Assembly: GCA_963749655.1 (NCBI GenBank)
Contig: CAVVOB010000012.1
Location: forward strand, 192,001-256,000
Direction: 5' to 3'
Source of the DNA: Nitrospirota bacterium
GTDB taxonomy: Bacteria; Nitrospirota; UBA9217
Length of the DNA stretch: 64,000 nt
Part shown: piece after piece, positions 1 to 11,289 of the stretch
Numbering within the stretch: the stretch's first letter is position 1
Layout of the letters: every line of letters begins with the position of its first letter
Program-made: the position numbers and the translations under genes
Notes under the pieces: model-generated
Databases searched by the model: none
The model's input: the letters and a program-made list of their open reading frames with translations, nothing else
Told to the model about the DNA's origin: nothing

Positions 1-13
1 CACCTTTTTCGCT

Positions 14-259
14 ATGAAAGCTTCGGACGGCAGCATTCGGACCGCCTTTGATGCCTGCACGGCCTGCAACCACGCAAAGCTCGGCTACCGTCAGGAAGGC
101 GGGGTGGTCGTATGCAATAACTGCGGCATGGGCTTCGAGCCCGCGGATGTCGGTAAAGTGACCGGCGGATGCAGCCCGATCCCGGTCAACAAGACTATGG
201 ACGGCAAGATGCTGGTGCTCAGGACCAGCGACCTCGAAGCAGGGGCGCAGTATTTTTAA
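14..259 (+). CDS. DUF2318-family Cys-rich (Fe-S/metal-binding) protein, probably 5'-truncated by the window edge
   Basis: AFDACxxC...GYRQEG..VVCNNCG..F......GGCSPIP motif, directly upstream of an ABC permease and ATPase. Confidence 0.8.
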   Translation: MKASDGSIRTAFDACTACNHAKLGYRQEGGVVVCNNCGMGFEPADVGKVTGGCSPIPVNKTMDGKMLVLRTSDLEAGAQYF

Positions 260-295
260 TGCGGAATGCGGAGTTCGGAATGCGGAATGCGAAAT
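258..295. repeat. Heptamer tandem repeat, (GCGGAAT)x5, degenerate
   Basis: gcggaat gcggagt tcggaat gcggaat gcgaaat immediately after the stop codon. Confidence 0.9.
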
Positions 296-321
296 GAAAC
301 CATCCGAAACCCAGTAGATTG

Positions 322-414
322 AACCGCGAAGGCGCAAAGGTCGCAAGGAAGGCAAAACATTGTTCAGGTAATGAGGGATTTTCGTTTTCCTCGCGTCCCT
401 CGCGACTTTGCGGT
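322..414. repeat. Palindromic element with 9-mer periodic arms
   Basis: AACCGCGAAGGCGCAAAGGTCGCAAGG ... CCTCGCGTCCCTCGCGACTTTGCGGT; imperfect inverted arms around an AT-rich spacer. Confidence 0.8.
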
Positions 415-442
415 AAAAATTTTTCATTTGTTTGAGGTCCCT

Positions 443-1607
443 ATGAAGCTTCTCGATATTTCTCTGAACAACCTGCTCCGGAAAAAAGGGCGGACCTTCT
501 TCCTGGTGTCCGGCCTTGCCATCGGCATCGGCGCAGCGGTGGCCATGACCTCGGTGGGCGATGCCATGAACAAGGAGGTCATGCACGCTCTCGACGAGTT
601 CGGGGCCAACATCCTGGTGCTTCCCGCTTCTGAGGGGCTTCCTCTTTCTTACGGCGGGCTGACGGTGTCTGCGGTGAACACCGGCGGCCGCGAGCTTACG
701 ATGCGCGACGTGGAGGCCATTGGGACCATAAAGAACAGGCAGAACATAAGCACGATCGCGCCGAAGCTGCTCGTGCAGACCGAGGTGAAGGGAACGAAGG
801 TGCTGTTGGCCGGCGTGAACTTCACGGCTGAGCAGCGATTGAAAAAATGGTGGCGTGTTGCCGCGGGAATGACGCCGCGTGTGCCGGGAGAGGCATTGAT
901 CGGCAAGGATGCCGCAGCCCGGCTGCATCTCGCGCCCGGAGACAGCGTCGCGATCCCGGGAGGAAGTCTGCGGATCTCGGGCGTGCTCGACACCACAGGG
1001 TCACAGGACGACGGCCTGTTGTTTGCCGACCTTGCCTGGGTTCAGCAGCACTTCGGGAAGGGAAACGCCGTGAGCCTGATCGAGCTGTCGGCCCTCTGCA
1101 GCGGCTGTCCGATCGAGGACATGGTCGGGCAGGTGAACAGCGCGCTTCCCGGCGTCGCGTGCGGTCGCGGTCAAGGAGACCGTGGAGCTCAAGATGCAGG
1201 CCATGCACTACTTTCACAAATTTTCGCTCGGCATCTCGGCGCTTCTTTTGATCGTGGCGGGAATGATCATCTTCTTCGCCATGACCGCATCGGTGAAGGA
1301 GCGCGTCCAGGAGATCGGCCTGTTCCGCGCCATCGGCTTCAGGACCGGACATATTATCCAGGTGCTCCTGACCGAAGCGTTCATCGTGAGCCTGCTCGCG
1401 GGCCTTGTGGGGTACGGGATCGGCGTGGTCAGCCCGCGCTTCGTCGCGCCTTATCTCATGAGGGCTTACCGTCTCACGTTCGAGTTCGATCCGGTCCTTG
1501 CCGCCGGTTCTCTTGCCGCGTCAGTCGCCGTGGGGCTCCTCGCAAGCATCTACCCCGCGGTCCGCGCGGGGCGGCTCGATCCGGTCGAGGCGCTGAAAGC
1601 TCTGTAA
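443..1607 (+). CDS. MacB/FtsX-family ABC transporter permease (frameshift near 1160)
   Basis: GAGG RBS then MKLLDISLNNLLRKKGRT; ORF 1182..1607 supplies ERVQEIGLFRAIG...LDPVEALK. Confidence 0.85.
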
Positions 1608-1610
1608 AAA

Positions 1611-1733
1611 AGGCAGAGAGCAGAGAGACCAAGGGCAGTTATGAGTGCTTAGTTTTGAGTTTGTAGTTTTTAGTTTCGAGTCGGAAGATAACAGCGGAAT
1701 AACTAAAAACTCACGACTCACGACTAAAAACTG
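1611..1733. repeat. Heptamer-periodic inverted repeat
   Basis: gcagaga x2, then agttttgagtttgtagtttttagtt ... aactaaaaactcacgactcacgactaaaaact. Confidence 0.75.
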
Positions 1734-1785
1734 AATTTTATCATGCTATGCTCTATGCACTATGCAGATTTCAGGGAGTGACGAG

Positions 1786-2451
1786 ATGTCCTTTATAGAA
1801 TTGCAGAATGTCGTAAAAAAATTTCATGCCGGAGACGAGGAGTACGCTGCGCTCAAAGGCGTTTCGCTCGGCATCGACTCCGGCGAGTTCGTCGCTGTCA
1901 TGGGCCCGTCGGGCTCCGGGAAGAGCACCCTGCTGTCTCTGATCGGCGGTTTGAGCCGGGCATCGGCAGGCATTGTGGCGATCGACGGCATCGATCTCGG
2001 CAGCCTCGGCCCGAACAAGCTTTCCGATTTCCGGCGCGAGTACCTCGGGTTCGTGTTCCAGTCCTTTTATCTCGTGCCCTATCTCACCGCTGTCGAGAAC
2101 GTCATGCTCCCTCTCGCGATCCAGCCCGGGGTGAACGGAACAGCCCGGGGAAGGGCGTTGGAGGCCCTGGCCCGTGTGGGGCTGGAGGCCAAGGCAGGAC
2201 GTTTGCCGTCCCAGCTTTCCGGCGGGGAACAGGAGCGCGTCGCGATCGCGCGCGCCATCGTGAACGGCCCGGCCTTGATCCTTGCCGACGAGCCCACGGG
2301 GAACCTCGACACGAAGACGGGCAACAAGGTGCTCGATATGCTCGAGTCTCTTCATGCGGAAGGCAGGACGATCGTGATGGTAACGCACAGCGAGGAGAAT
2401 GCGAAGCGCGCAGGCAGGACTGTCGAGATCAGGGATGGAGAAGTCGTGTAA
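1786..2451 (+). CDS. ABC transporter ATP-binding protein (LolD/MacB type)
   Basis: [34 protein letters not shown]; an alternative start lies at 1762. Confidence 0.95.
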   Translation: MSFIELQNVVKKFHAGDEEYAALKGVSLGIDSGEFVAVMGPSGSGKSTLLSLIGGLSRASAGIVAIDGIDLGSLGPNKLSDFRREYLGFVFQSFYLVPYLTAVENVMLPLAIQPGVNGTARGRALEALARVGLEAKAGRLPSQLSGGEQERVAIARAIVNGPALILADEPTGNLDTKTGNKVLDMLESLHAEGRTIVMVTHSEENAKRAGRTVEIRDGEVV

Positions 2452-2848
2452 CGGTCATCAACGACGACAGCGCCGTTGCCTCACGTTTCTCCCCGCCTTT
2501 CCTTCCGCTTTCCTCCAACACGCCTGCGACCAGGTTGAATAGGTCCTGGTCCATTCCTCCCGCACGCATTTCGAACTGTCTGATGAGGTCGCTGAAGGGC
2601 GCTGCTCCGTCCGGCACAAGGATCGGGCTGCGGTTCTCGAGCGGCATTGTCTCGCCGCTGTCGATCCGGTGGTGTTCTGCTCCCGTTTCCCTGCGCCAGG
2701 TCAGCGCGTGTTCGTTCCTTCCCCGGTCATAGCAAAGCTGGAATCCGCTGATCCGCTCCGCGTCGTCATACCAGACGATCAAGTCGAAGTAGTCGTCGCC
2801 GAACCACCGCCGCTTTTTGTCTTTCCCGCCGCGATATTCTCTGAGCAT
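2429..2848 (-). CDS. Hypothetical protein (RRWF.DDYFDLIVW...GFQLCYD)
   Basis: Globular-looking ORF on the same strand as, and downstream of, the barrel gene; start may be 2899. Confidence 0.65.
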   Translation of the reverse strand: MLREYRGGKDKKRRWFGDDYFDLIVWYDDAERISGFQLCYDRGRNEHALTWRRETGAEHHRIDSGETMPLENRSPILVPDGAAPFSDLIRQFEMRAGGMDQDLFNLVAGVLEESGRKGGEKREATALSSLMTVTRLLHP

Positions 2849-2923
2849 TGTTTTGGGAGTTTTGCTGATAAGGAAGAAGGGTCGCGTCGCAGGAATCATG
2901 GATGTTCTGCGGCGCAGGGGCTG

Positions 2924-3571
2924 TCAGAATTCGAAGAGGAGTCCGCCTACGATGGTCGTGCCGCCGAGATCGACTTTGCCGGCGTCGGTCATGACCGTTG
3001 CCTTGATGTACTCCGATTCGATGAAGAGATAGGTATGGTAGACGCCGTAGTCCCGGTACATGTTGTTCGCTGCGTCCATGTCCAGGTTGTCGAGCAGCAG
3101 CTGTACGCCGCCCCGCAGATTGTAACCGTCCGCCTTGCCGTTCACCGTGCCTTGCGCTTCCACTTTTTGCGTGTAGTAGATCCGGGTGAGTCCGCCTCCG
3201 ATGTAGGGGACCAGGAACTGTGATTCATCGAACACGCCGCGCAGGAGCACAAAGAGGTCGAGGGGATAGGCCGTATACTTCACGTTCCCTGACAAGCTCC
3301 CGTGTAAAGGCGCAGTTGCCTGGCCGCTTGCCTCCATCATGCCGCCTGAGACGCCTGCTTCGACCATGCGGTGGAGCTTGTAGGCCAGGGAGATCCCGTA
3401 GACCGGCATTTCTTTCTTGCCGTAGTATTTCTCCCAGTTGTCAAGGGAGGGAGTGAATTGGCCGCCCTTCAGTTCGAGGGACCATTTGGGTTCTCCGAGA
3501 AGAGATTCATCGGCGGCAAAGGCCGCGGCCGGTATGAGGATCAGCGCCAACAGCAGAATAAGATTTTTCAC
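2924..3571 (-). CDS. Outer-membrane beta-barrel protein, MXAN_2562-like
   Basis: Signal peptide, alternating beta pattern, LVPYIGGG, LLLDNLD...YGVYHTYLF, C-terminal FEF. Confidence 0.75.
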   Translation of the reverse strand: MKNLILLLALILIPAAAFAADESLLGEPKWSLELKGGQFTPSLDNWEKYYGKKEMPVYGISLAYKLHRMVEAGVSGGMMEASGQATAPLHGSLSGNVKYTAYPLDLFVLLRGVFDESQFLVPYIGGGLTRIYYTQKVEAQGTVNGKADGYNLRGGVQLLLDNLDMDAANNMYRDYGVYHTYLFIESEYIKATVMTDAGKVDLGGTTIVGGLLFEF

Positions 3572-3651
3572 CGAGAACCTCCGGGGCTGCGAAGTGTCTT
3601 TTGAAAATAGAACGATTCCCTGTTGACCATGCGACCGTCGAACAGAAGCGT

Positions 3652-5465
3652 TTACTCAGGTCTGACCGGATGTGCGGCAGACATCCGTTTTCTGCTGATC
3701 ACGATTCCCGCAAGCAGAAGGAGCATTACGAATACAACGGTCTTGATCAGGAGCGATGTCCGCGTCATGAAAGAGCGCGGCGCCGACAAGAGGCATCAGC
3801 CCGGCCCGGACCGCTGGTTTGAGCCCGGGATGGGCGTTCAGCCATGCTGCGGCGTCGGGGCTATATTTATAATAGAAGTTTACGAACGCCCTGCCGATGC
3901 TGTTGGTGGCCAGGTATCGGTCGCGGAATGCTCGTAAAGCCTGCACCTGTGGTGCGGAGTAGAAGCCATAGGCCGCTGTTGCAATGAAGCAGCCCTGGCC
4001 CGTGCTCGGCAGGTTTGGGTAGGCTACAAGCGCTTCGGGAAAATCTTCCCACTGATTCGATGCCGGGCTCCATTCGGTGGTCTCCGAGCTGTGCGACTAA
4101 TTCACCGGAATATGAGCTTTCATGTTCGATGCCGGGCGTGAAAGTCGGACCGTATTTGTCAATTGCGGTTACCGCGATATAATAGTTGGCTTGAGAGTAG
4201 GCGTAGACGAGCATTTTGTATTTCACGCCATTTGTCAGACCTGTGATGGGATAGGAGGTATCAGTAGTTGTGGCATAGCTGGCAGTGGCTGTTGTGATCA
4301 GGTCGGTAGTAAAATCAGAGACCTGCCAGAGAACAAGGTAGCCTGTCGCACCCGAAACAGCATCCCAGGAAAGGACAAGACTTCCGTTCAGGACTTGCGA
4401 TGTTGTGATCGTAGGTCCAGTGGAAAGCGGCGTTGCGGTTGCAGTGAGGCCGCTCAGGACTGCGCTTGTTCCCGTCACGGTGATGGGGGAGGCGCCTTCG
4501 GCAGCATCCGTTCCAGTGTACACTCCTGAAGAGGTCCCGTAGTAAACGTGGTAGCCGCCCAGGCGATAGTCAGTGTTTGCGGTCCATGTCAACGAAACGG
4601 AATTGGTGGTTTCTACTGAACCGGTCAGACCCGAGACTAGAATCATGATCGTGTCCGCATCCCCTCCGCCGTATGCGCCGATGTCGCTCGTTGTATTGTC
4701 GAATGAATTTGGGTATTGTGAAAAGTTCCCCGTGGCAATGCACGGAGACCCGGTTGTCAGATGAAAGTCCCCGCCCGTTTGGCTGACGACAGAGGGATTG
4801 GTATTAATGTTGTGATAGGTAGTGTCAGGGGTTGAAAACGTAAAGCCGTTCGTCCCGTTGCCGTAAAAGTCGTTATAGGTCACCTTGGTGAGCGAGACAC
4901 TTGGCGCAATCGCCGTGGTGTTGGACAGGAATATATTATTGATAATATCGATGTCGACGCTGGTGCTGATCGCGGTCGTGTTGTTGTAAAAAACATTGTT
5001 CACGATGCGGGAACCGGTGCTTGCAATCTGTATTGCCGTAGTCAGCGAGTCGAAAATATTGCTCGTAACGTCCAGGCTTGCCCCGCTCTGGATATCGATC
5101 ACGGACGAGCTTGTCAAAAAGAACCTCGAAAAGGTGGACGAGCCGGAGGCCGCGGTGACGGTCCCGGACAGGAATGTCCTGGCAGCTTCGCGGCCCCGCA
5201 CGCTGATTCCCTGAAGGTTGAGCGATTCGGTATACGAACCCGGCTCCACCAGCACGGACAAGCTGGACGTGGAATTAGTGACTGCCGTGTCAATGGCTGC
5301 TTGAATGTTACAGTACGTCGACGTGGTCGTTGACGCTGCAGAGATGCAGTTAGCAGTATCCGCCTGGTTGACGATGATATCGGCCGCCCGCGCCGTGCTC
5401 GATAGGAATGCAGAAAGGAGTGTAATAGCCACTACTGACAGGAACAGGATCCGAAATGGTTTCAT
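3652..5465 (-). CDS. Secreted beta-helix + FnIII protein with CFI-box-CTERM domain (frameshifts near 4070 and 3770)
   Basis: Signal peptide, NN-rich beta-helix, DFHL...SPCI...DIGAYG, FnIII (LTW...GYHVYYG); another frame gives GCFIATAAYG...VQALRAFRDRYL...FYYKYSP, then a hydrophobic helix and basic residues. Confidence 0.8.
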
Positions 5466-5767
5466 CTTTTTATCCCCCGCATGGTCAGCTAAAAATACAT
5501 GAATATCTCTGGAATGTCAATGAGAAAGCTCCTCCAAACCCTCAGTGCAGTGATGTTCCGCAACAGTTCTTTATCTCCATTCACCGGAACCGTTGGACAA
5601 GCAGCAGCGTACGATCGGTCGTTCGTGGAATCACCAGGTACGCAAAGAATAGCAGCAGCGAAAATCAGTTTAGAGGCAGTCTTATGCTGCAAATCTCTTG
5701 TATAAGCGTTGGATATTTTTTGTTAAACAGTTAAAGAGGCGCCGCCTTATACCGATAAGATATGTAC

Positions 5768-5804
5768 TCCCCTTCACTCGGCCCTCTCCCTTGGGGAGAG
5801 GGAG
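5768..5804. repeat. CCCTCTCCC/GGGAGAGGG hairpin element
   Basis: cccttcactcggCCCTCTCCCttgGGGAGAGGGag followed by a T-run. Confidence 0.65.
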
Positions 5805-5970
5805 TTTTTTTGTTTCCCCTCTTTAATTACAGGTGAGTGGATTAAGATGAGCGGGTGGTTTAAGGATTATGCTGAATGTGCATGCTTCCCATGATTAAAA
5901 GATGCGAAGTCCTGCAACGACAAGAAAAAAAATAAAATGCATTTTTTAGTTGTTGGGGGTACTTCGTAAG

Positions 5971-5979
5971 TGCTATAAT
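5971..5979 (+). promoter_or_regulatory. Extended -10 element for the NHL gene
   Basis: TGcTATAAT about 145 bp upstream of ATG 6123. Confidence 0.5.
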
Positions 5980-6122
5980 TTTCGTCGTACGGTTGCTTGC
6001 CTTCGGTCCGGGCCAGCGATTCCCCGGCAACGGGCGGACCATCCTCCTTCGATGGCCCCATAAGCACAATCCGTCCCACCCTGGGACGGGCGAAGCAAGT
6101 CCCAGTCTTTCCGGAGGTTCCT

Positions 6123-9100
6123 ATGTTTCGGCATTTCCTTTCTTTATCTTATCTGGTAATTTCACTCCTCGTGGTTGCTTCGAGCGCCCCGGCGTTCCAG
6201 CAGGTAGAGCTTGTGCGGGAGCTGGGAGGCAAAACCGCTGCCGCAGACCAGTGCCGCCTGAGCGGACCGCGCGGGATCGCCGTCGCCGGAGACAAGTATT
6301 ATGTCGCCGACACGGAAGCGCATCGTGTCGTTGTTCTCGACCGATCAGGGAAGGCGATCCGGACCTGGGGAGAGAAGGGGAGCAAGCCGGGACAGTTCAA
6401 GGAGCCCGCCGGGATCTCCGTTGACGAGCAGGGCAGGGTCTATGTCTCCGATACGGGCAACGACCGGATCCAGGTTTTTGACGCCGACGGCGCGTGGCTG
6501 CGCAGCTTCGGCGCCAGGGGCGAAGGCCCCCGGGAGTTCAATGCTCCTCTCGGCATACGGGCGTCGAGAGGCCTTCTCTATGTCGCCGACTCGGGCAACG
6601 GCCGCGTGGTCGTACTCACCAGCGGCGGTATCGCGCTCCAGAGGATCGCGGTCAAGGGCGAGAAGGACGCGATGAAGACGCCCGTCGACGTTGCGGTGGA
6701 CATCCGGAACCGGATCTATGTCCTTGATGCCGGAAGCAGCAATGTACGCATCTTCGAACCCTCGGGCGCGCAGGCCGGAGTTTTCGGCGCAAAGGGAAAA
6801 GGCGTTGAAGGATTTTCCGGGCCCGGCGGCATTGCTGTCGACGACCGCGGAAATATCTATATCGCAGACACCGGCAACTATAAGCTGAAAAAGTTTGACC
6901 AGAAGGGCACGCTGCTCGGTTGCCTCGGCAACGAAGGCCCGGGCCCGGGCCAGTTCCTCTCAAACAGCGGGCTCGCCGTGGACCAGGACCAGCGGGTCGT
7001 TGTGCTGGATGCGGCTAAGAACTCGATCCAGCTTTTCTCCTGGGAACGCGGCGACGCACAGCCACTTCAGGCGGCCTCACCCCTGCCCACAGTCGAGGTG
7101 CTTAAGGAAGTTCCCGGTGAAGTGAACGCCCTGGCCCCTGCAGGCCAGCGAGTCTGGACGATCGCAGGCGACTCCCTGGCGGCCCTCGGCATCACCGGCG
7201 GCAGACGGATCGGGAGCCGGGGGAGCGAACCGGGGAACATCAAGAGCGCCCGGGGCATTGCCGTTGACGCGCAGGGCGCCTTCTGGATCGCCGACACGGG
7301 CAATGACCGCGTGCAGAAGTTCGACCGCGAGGGAAACGGAGTGCTGATCGTCGGCAAGTCGGGCTCGGACGAAGGAGAATTCAAGTCGCCGTCGGGCATC
7401 TCCATCGGTCCGCGCGGCAGGCTCTACGTGGCCGACGCGAAGAACAAACGCATCCAGGTTTTCAATTCCCAGGGGATCTTTATCATCGCTTTCGGCAAGG
7501 CGGGCAAACTTGCCGGACAGTTCGGCGAGCCCGTGGACGTGGCCCTGGACAATGCGGGCGGCGTCTATATCGCGGATCGGGGCAATGACCGCATCGCGAA
7601 GTACGACGGCAACGGCGTCATGGTCTGGGAAAGCGGATCGACGGGAGTGCTCGACGGCCAGTTCAAGGGCCCTGAGAATATTCTCGTTGCGCCTGACGGC
7701 GAAATATATGTGCTCGATTCGGGCAACTCGCGGGTCCAGGTGTTCGACGACCGCGGAAAATATCTGAGGCAGTTCGGAAACGAAGGCCGTGAGGCCGGCG
7801 AATTCAGCTCGCCCCTCGGCATGTCGCTCCAGGACGGATACCGCCTCACGATCGGCGACCGGGGCAACAGGCGGGTGCAGGTCTTCGCGATCAGGAATAC
7901 GCCGGCGATCCCTTCGGACATTGCCGCCCAGGCACGGATGAACGAGGTGCAGGTGCGCTGGAAGCCGAACAGCGAGACCTTCTTCGAGAAGTACAACGTC
8001 TTCCGCGCCGACTCCGCAGAAGGCGAGTACAAACTGATCGGCTCGACCACGGACCCCTACTTTGTCGACAAGGGGCTTCCGAGCAACCGGACCTTCCATT
8101 ACCGCGTGAGCAGCAAGGCCCGCGAGGGACGGGAGAGCGCCCCTTCGGCGATCATCACGGCCGTCACGCCCAAGCTCATCCCCGCGCCGCCGAAGGCGGT
8201 CAGAGTCGCGGCGTCGGTGAAACAGATCACGTTGTCCTGGGTCCCGAACACCGAACCGTTCTTCAGCAACTATCATATCTATTGGTCCAAAAAGGACGAC
8301 GCCGGTTTCGAGTTCCTGGCGAGAGTGGACAAGACCATTTTCACGGACAGCCGGCTCGACGATGAGACGCAGTATTTCTACAGGATCACGGCCGTCGGGA
8401 AGGAGGGAGATGAAAGCGCACCCGGCGGCATTGTGTCCGAGACGACGCCGAAAGCTCCGCAGCTGACCCCTCCGTCGAGATCACGGGAGCGGCCATGGAG
8501 GAGATCTACGCATCCTCCTATAAATACTACGAGTCCCATCCCCTGGGCAAGGTCGCCATCATCGACGATACGGACATGCCGCTTACGCCGGTCAAGCTCA
8601 GCTTCTCGATCAAGAACTACATGGATTTCCCGACGGAGCAGGTCATCGATATGCCCGCGAAGCAGCAGCTGGACGTTCCGATCAAGGCGGTGTTCAACAA
8701 CATGATCCTCGACGTGACGGAAAACACCGCGCTGCAGACCGAGATCGCCATCACCTACTACCTCGACGGCGAGCCGAAGACCGTGACGCGCAGCTTCCCG
8801 ATGATGCTCTTCGAGCGGCACGCCATGGTGTGGGACAAGAAAACCAAGCTGGGCGCTTTCGTGACCCCGAAGGACCCGCCGGTGGTGGAGTTTGCGAGGG
8901 CCGCGATCCTCCCCTACGTGGACACGAACACCAGTCTCCCTCAGTCTATCGTTTATGGGCGTAGCATCTACGGAGGGCTCGGGGCCTACGGCCTCGCCTA
9001 CGTCGTGGACCCGTCGAGTCCCTTTGCGCAATTTTCGGAACGGACCGGGGCCGTTGATTACCTGGAGTATCTCCCCCGCGACACGCTCGCGCGGAAGGGC

Positions 9101-9929
9101 GGGGACTGCGACGACCTTTCGACGCTCTTCGCGGCCTGCATGGAGAGCGTCGGGATCCCAACGGCGTTCATCGATGTTCCGGGCCACGTGTTCGTCATGT
9201 TCAATACCGGCATTTCGGACAAGGACCGCTCGACGGTGGGCTTCCCCGATGACTTGCTCATCGCCTACGAGGGGTCTCTCTGGATCCCGCTGGAGATGAC
9301 GATGGTGGGGTCGTCCTTCACCCGGGCCTGGCAGAAGGGGGCCGAGGAGTACCGCGACTGGTCTGCCAAGGGCCGCGCCGAGATCATCGTCGTCCAGCAG
9401 GCATGGGAGCAGTTCAAGCCCGTCACCCTTCCGTCATCGAACAACGGAACGGCAAAGGTGACCAGGGAGGAGATCGAGGCGAAGTTCAAGGACGAGCTCG
9501 ACACTCTCGCGGCACAGCGGCTGACAAACCTGTCGGCGGGATACCTTGAGATCCTGAAAAAGTCCCCGAACGACACGACGGTCCTGGGCAGGCTCGGCAT
9601 TCTGTACGGTGAGAACGGTTACTACGCAGAGGCCATGGAGCAGTTTCGGAAGAGTACTGAACCAGGACAAGAACAGTGCGCTGGCCTGGAACAATATCGG
9701 GAACCTGAACTTCCTGCAGGGCAAACTGGACGAAGCAAGGCAAGCCTATGAGTCCGCGCTTGCAGCGGAACCGGGAGAGCCGGGCATCATGGCGAACCTT
9801 GCCCGGACGCTTTTCAAAGCCGGGAAAAAGGATGAGGCGAGGAAGGTGCTGACGGACGCCGCGTCACGGGACCCGCGGGTACTCCGGCAATACGACGATC
9901 TCGCGGCAAGCCTGGGGATCGTGAAGTAG
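6123..9929 (+). CDS. Secreted NHL-repeat / FnIII x2 / transglutaminase-like / TPR protein, about 1270 aa (frameshifts near 8475 and 9650)
   Basis: GGAGG RBS, signal peptide, many P.GIAVD...YVADTGN.RIQVF repeats, FnIII, GDCDDL...PGHVF, TPR (AWNNIGNL). Confidence 0.85.
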
Positions 9930-10011
9930 CAGCCGAGAGTTGGGAACGTCAAAGACTGTTTAACCGCGGAGGACGCAGAGAAAGCGGATGAGAAAAAACA
10001 GGAGGCATGCC

Positions 10012-10467
10012 ATGATTAAAAAGGTATTTGTAATTCTGGCTTTGACCGGCTTCAGCATTGCAATAGCTTTTGCACAGGAGAGCGGACAGGAGAAACAGGG
10101 GCCGCGGATCTCGGAGTGGCTCAAGTCGATACAGCACAAGATCGCCCAGCTCGTGCCGAAAAAGTCCGTTCAGACGTCCACGAGCGTCGCCGGCGTGCGC
10201 GGCGCCAAGGAAAGCTCCCAGACCAGGCTTTACTGGAAAGGGAAGGCGGGTGAGGAACCGGTGACCGAAGAGGAGCTTGTGCAGTTCAAGAAAAGCGTCG
10301 ACTTGGCCGCAAAGGGCGATGCGGCAGGCGCCGTTGCCGAGCTGCAGGAGTTCATGAAGCAGCACCCCGACAGCGCGCTGATTCCCGACGCCAAGAAGAC
10401 GCTCGATCTGGTCAAGGCGGAGCCGCCGAAGATTGAGGAAAAGAAGGAAATGCAACCGGAAAAATAG
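10012..10467 (+). CDS. Secreted hypothetical protein with a TPR/BamD-like C-terminal hairpin
   Basis: AGGAGG RBS, signal peptide, VAGVRG, LQEFMKQHPDS. Confidence 0.75.
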   Translation: MIKKVFVILALTGFSIAIAFAQESGQEKQGPRISEWLKSIQHKIAQLVPKKSVQTSTSVAGVRGAKESSQTRLYWKGKAGEEPVTEEELVQFKKSVDLAAKGDAAGAVAELQEFMKQHPDSALIPDAKKTLDLVKAEPPKIEEKKEMQPEK

Positions 10468-10499
10468 CGCCGCAATTCATAAGGAAACGGACACCAGAA

Positions 10500-10530
10500 G
10501 GCAGGGAGCGATCCCCTGCCTTATTTTTTC
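10500..10530 (+). terminator. Intrinsic terminator
   Basis: GGCAGGGAgcgaTCCCCTGCC followed by TTATTTTTT. Confidence 0.7.
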
Positions 10531-11289
10531 TGATATCTTTTTTTTCTTTCGCAGTTGACGTATTCGTACAATTCAAAATTCACCGCCGAGACGCTGAGGC
10601 GCAGAGAAAATCGGTTTTTTACGAGATCCTCAAAGGGTTGTGATCGCGAAAAGATTTCAGGTGCAATCCCGCGCCTTGGCATCCCCCGGCTCCCGCCGGG
10701 GGTGGAAAGCGCTTTCTCGCGACGTGAACGAACAGGTCGCGAGTAAGCAGTTCCGGGAGGTCGCGTTGTTCGAGGGAGCCTCCGGCTCCTGCCGGAGGGG
10801 GCTCCACTCCGTGCGGCCTGCTCCTTTTCTTGGCTGACTGTCGCCCGATCGTGACGCACAGCGGATTCCCTCCCTCGGAGGATGTTCGGGGTATTGACAT
10901 ATTGCGATGAATATGCAATAACAGTCGCACGCATCACCGGGGGGGGAACGTACATATCAGAAAACCGCAGGACTCACAGCCATGCCGATCTTCTTCAGTC
11001 TACTCTACTCCCGCCCCGATTATATTCTTTGCTTGCAGATCGAACCGACCGGATTGAACCTCTGCCGCCGGCGTATGTAATATCAATCCGCGAAGAGGTT
11101 TTCTGTGGGTATGCCAGGCTTGCTTCCCGGGCAGCCGCGGAACGATCCAGCGCGGCTCATTAGCGACCGATCAGCGCAGACCCGGCCCACGCCGATATCC
11201 GGGGGAACATCTCAATTCATCGCGGGGAGATTGTGCACGGGCACGAGATTTACAGGGAATGGGTCCGATTTTTCTAAGGAGAGCAGGCC

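Noticed and set aside
10650-10680. Cobalamin riboswitch (caggtgcaatccc)
   Set aside because: The preceding GGGAA and the downstream B12-box elements are missing.
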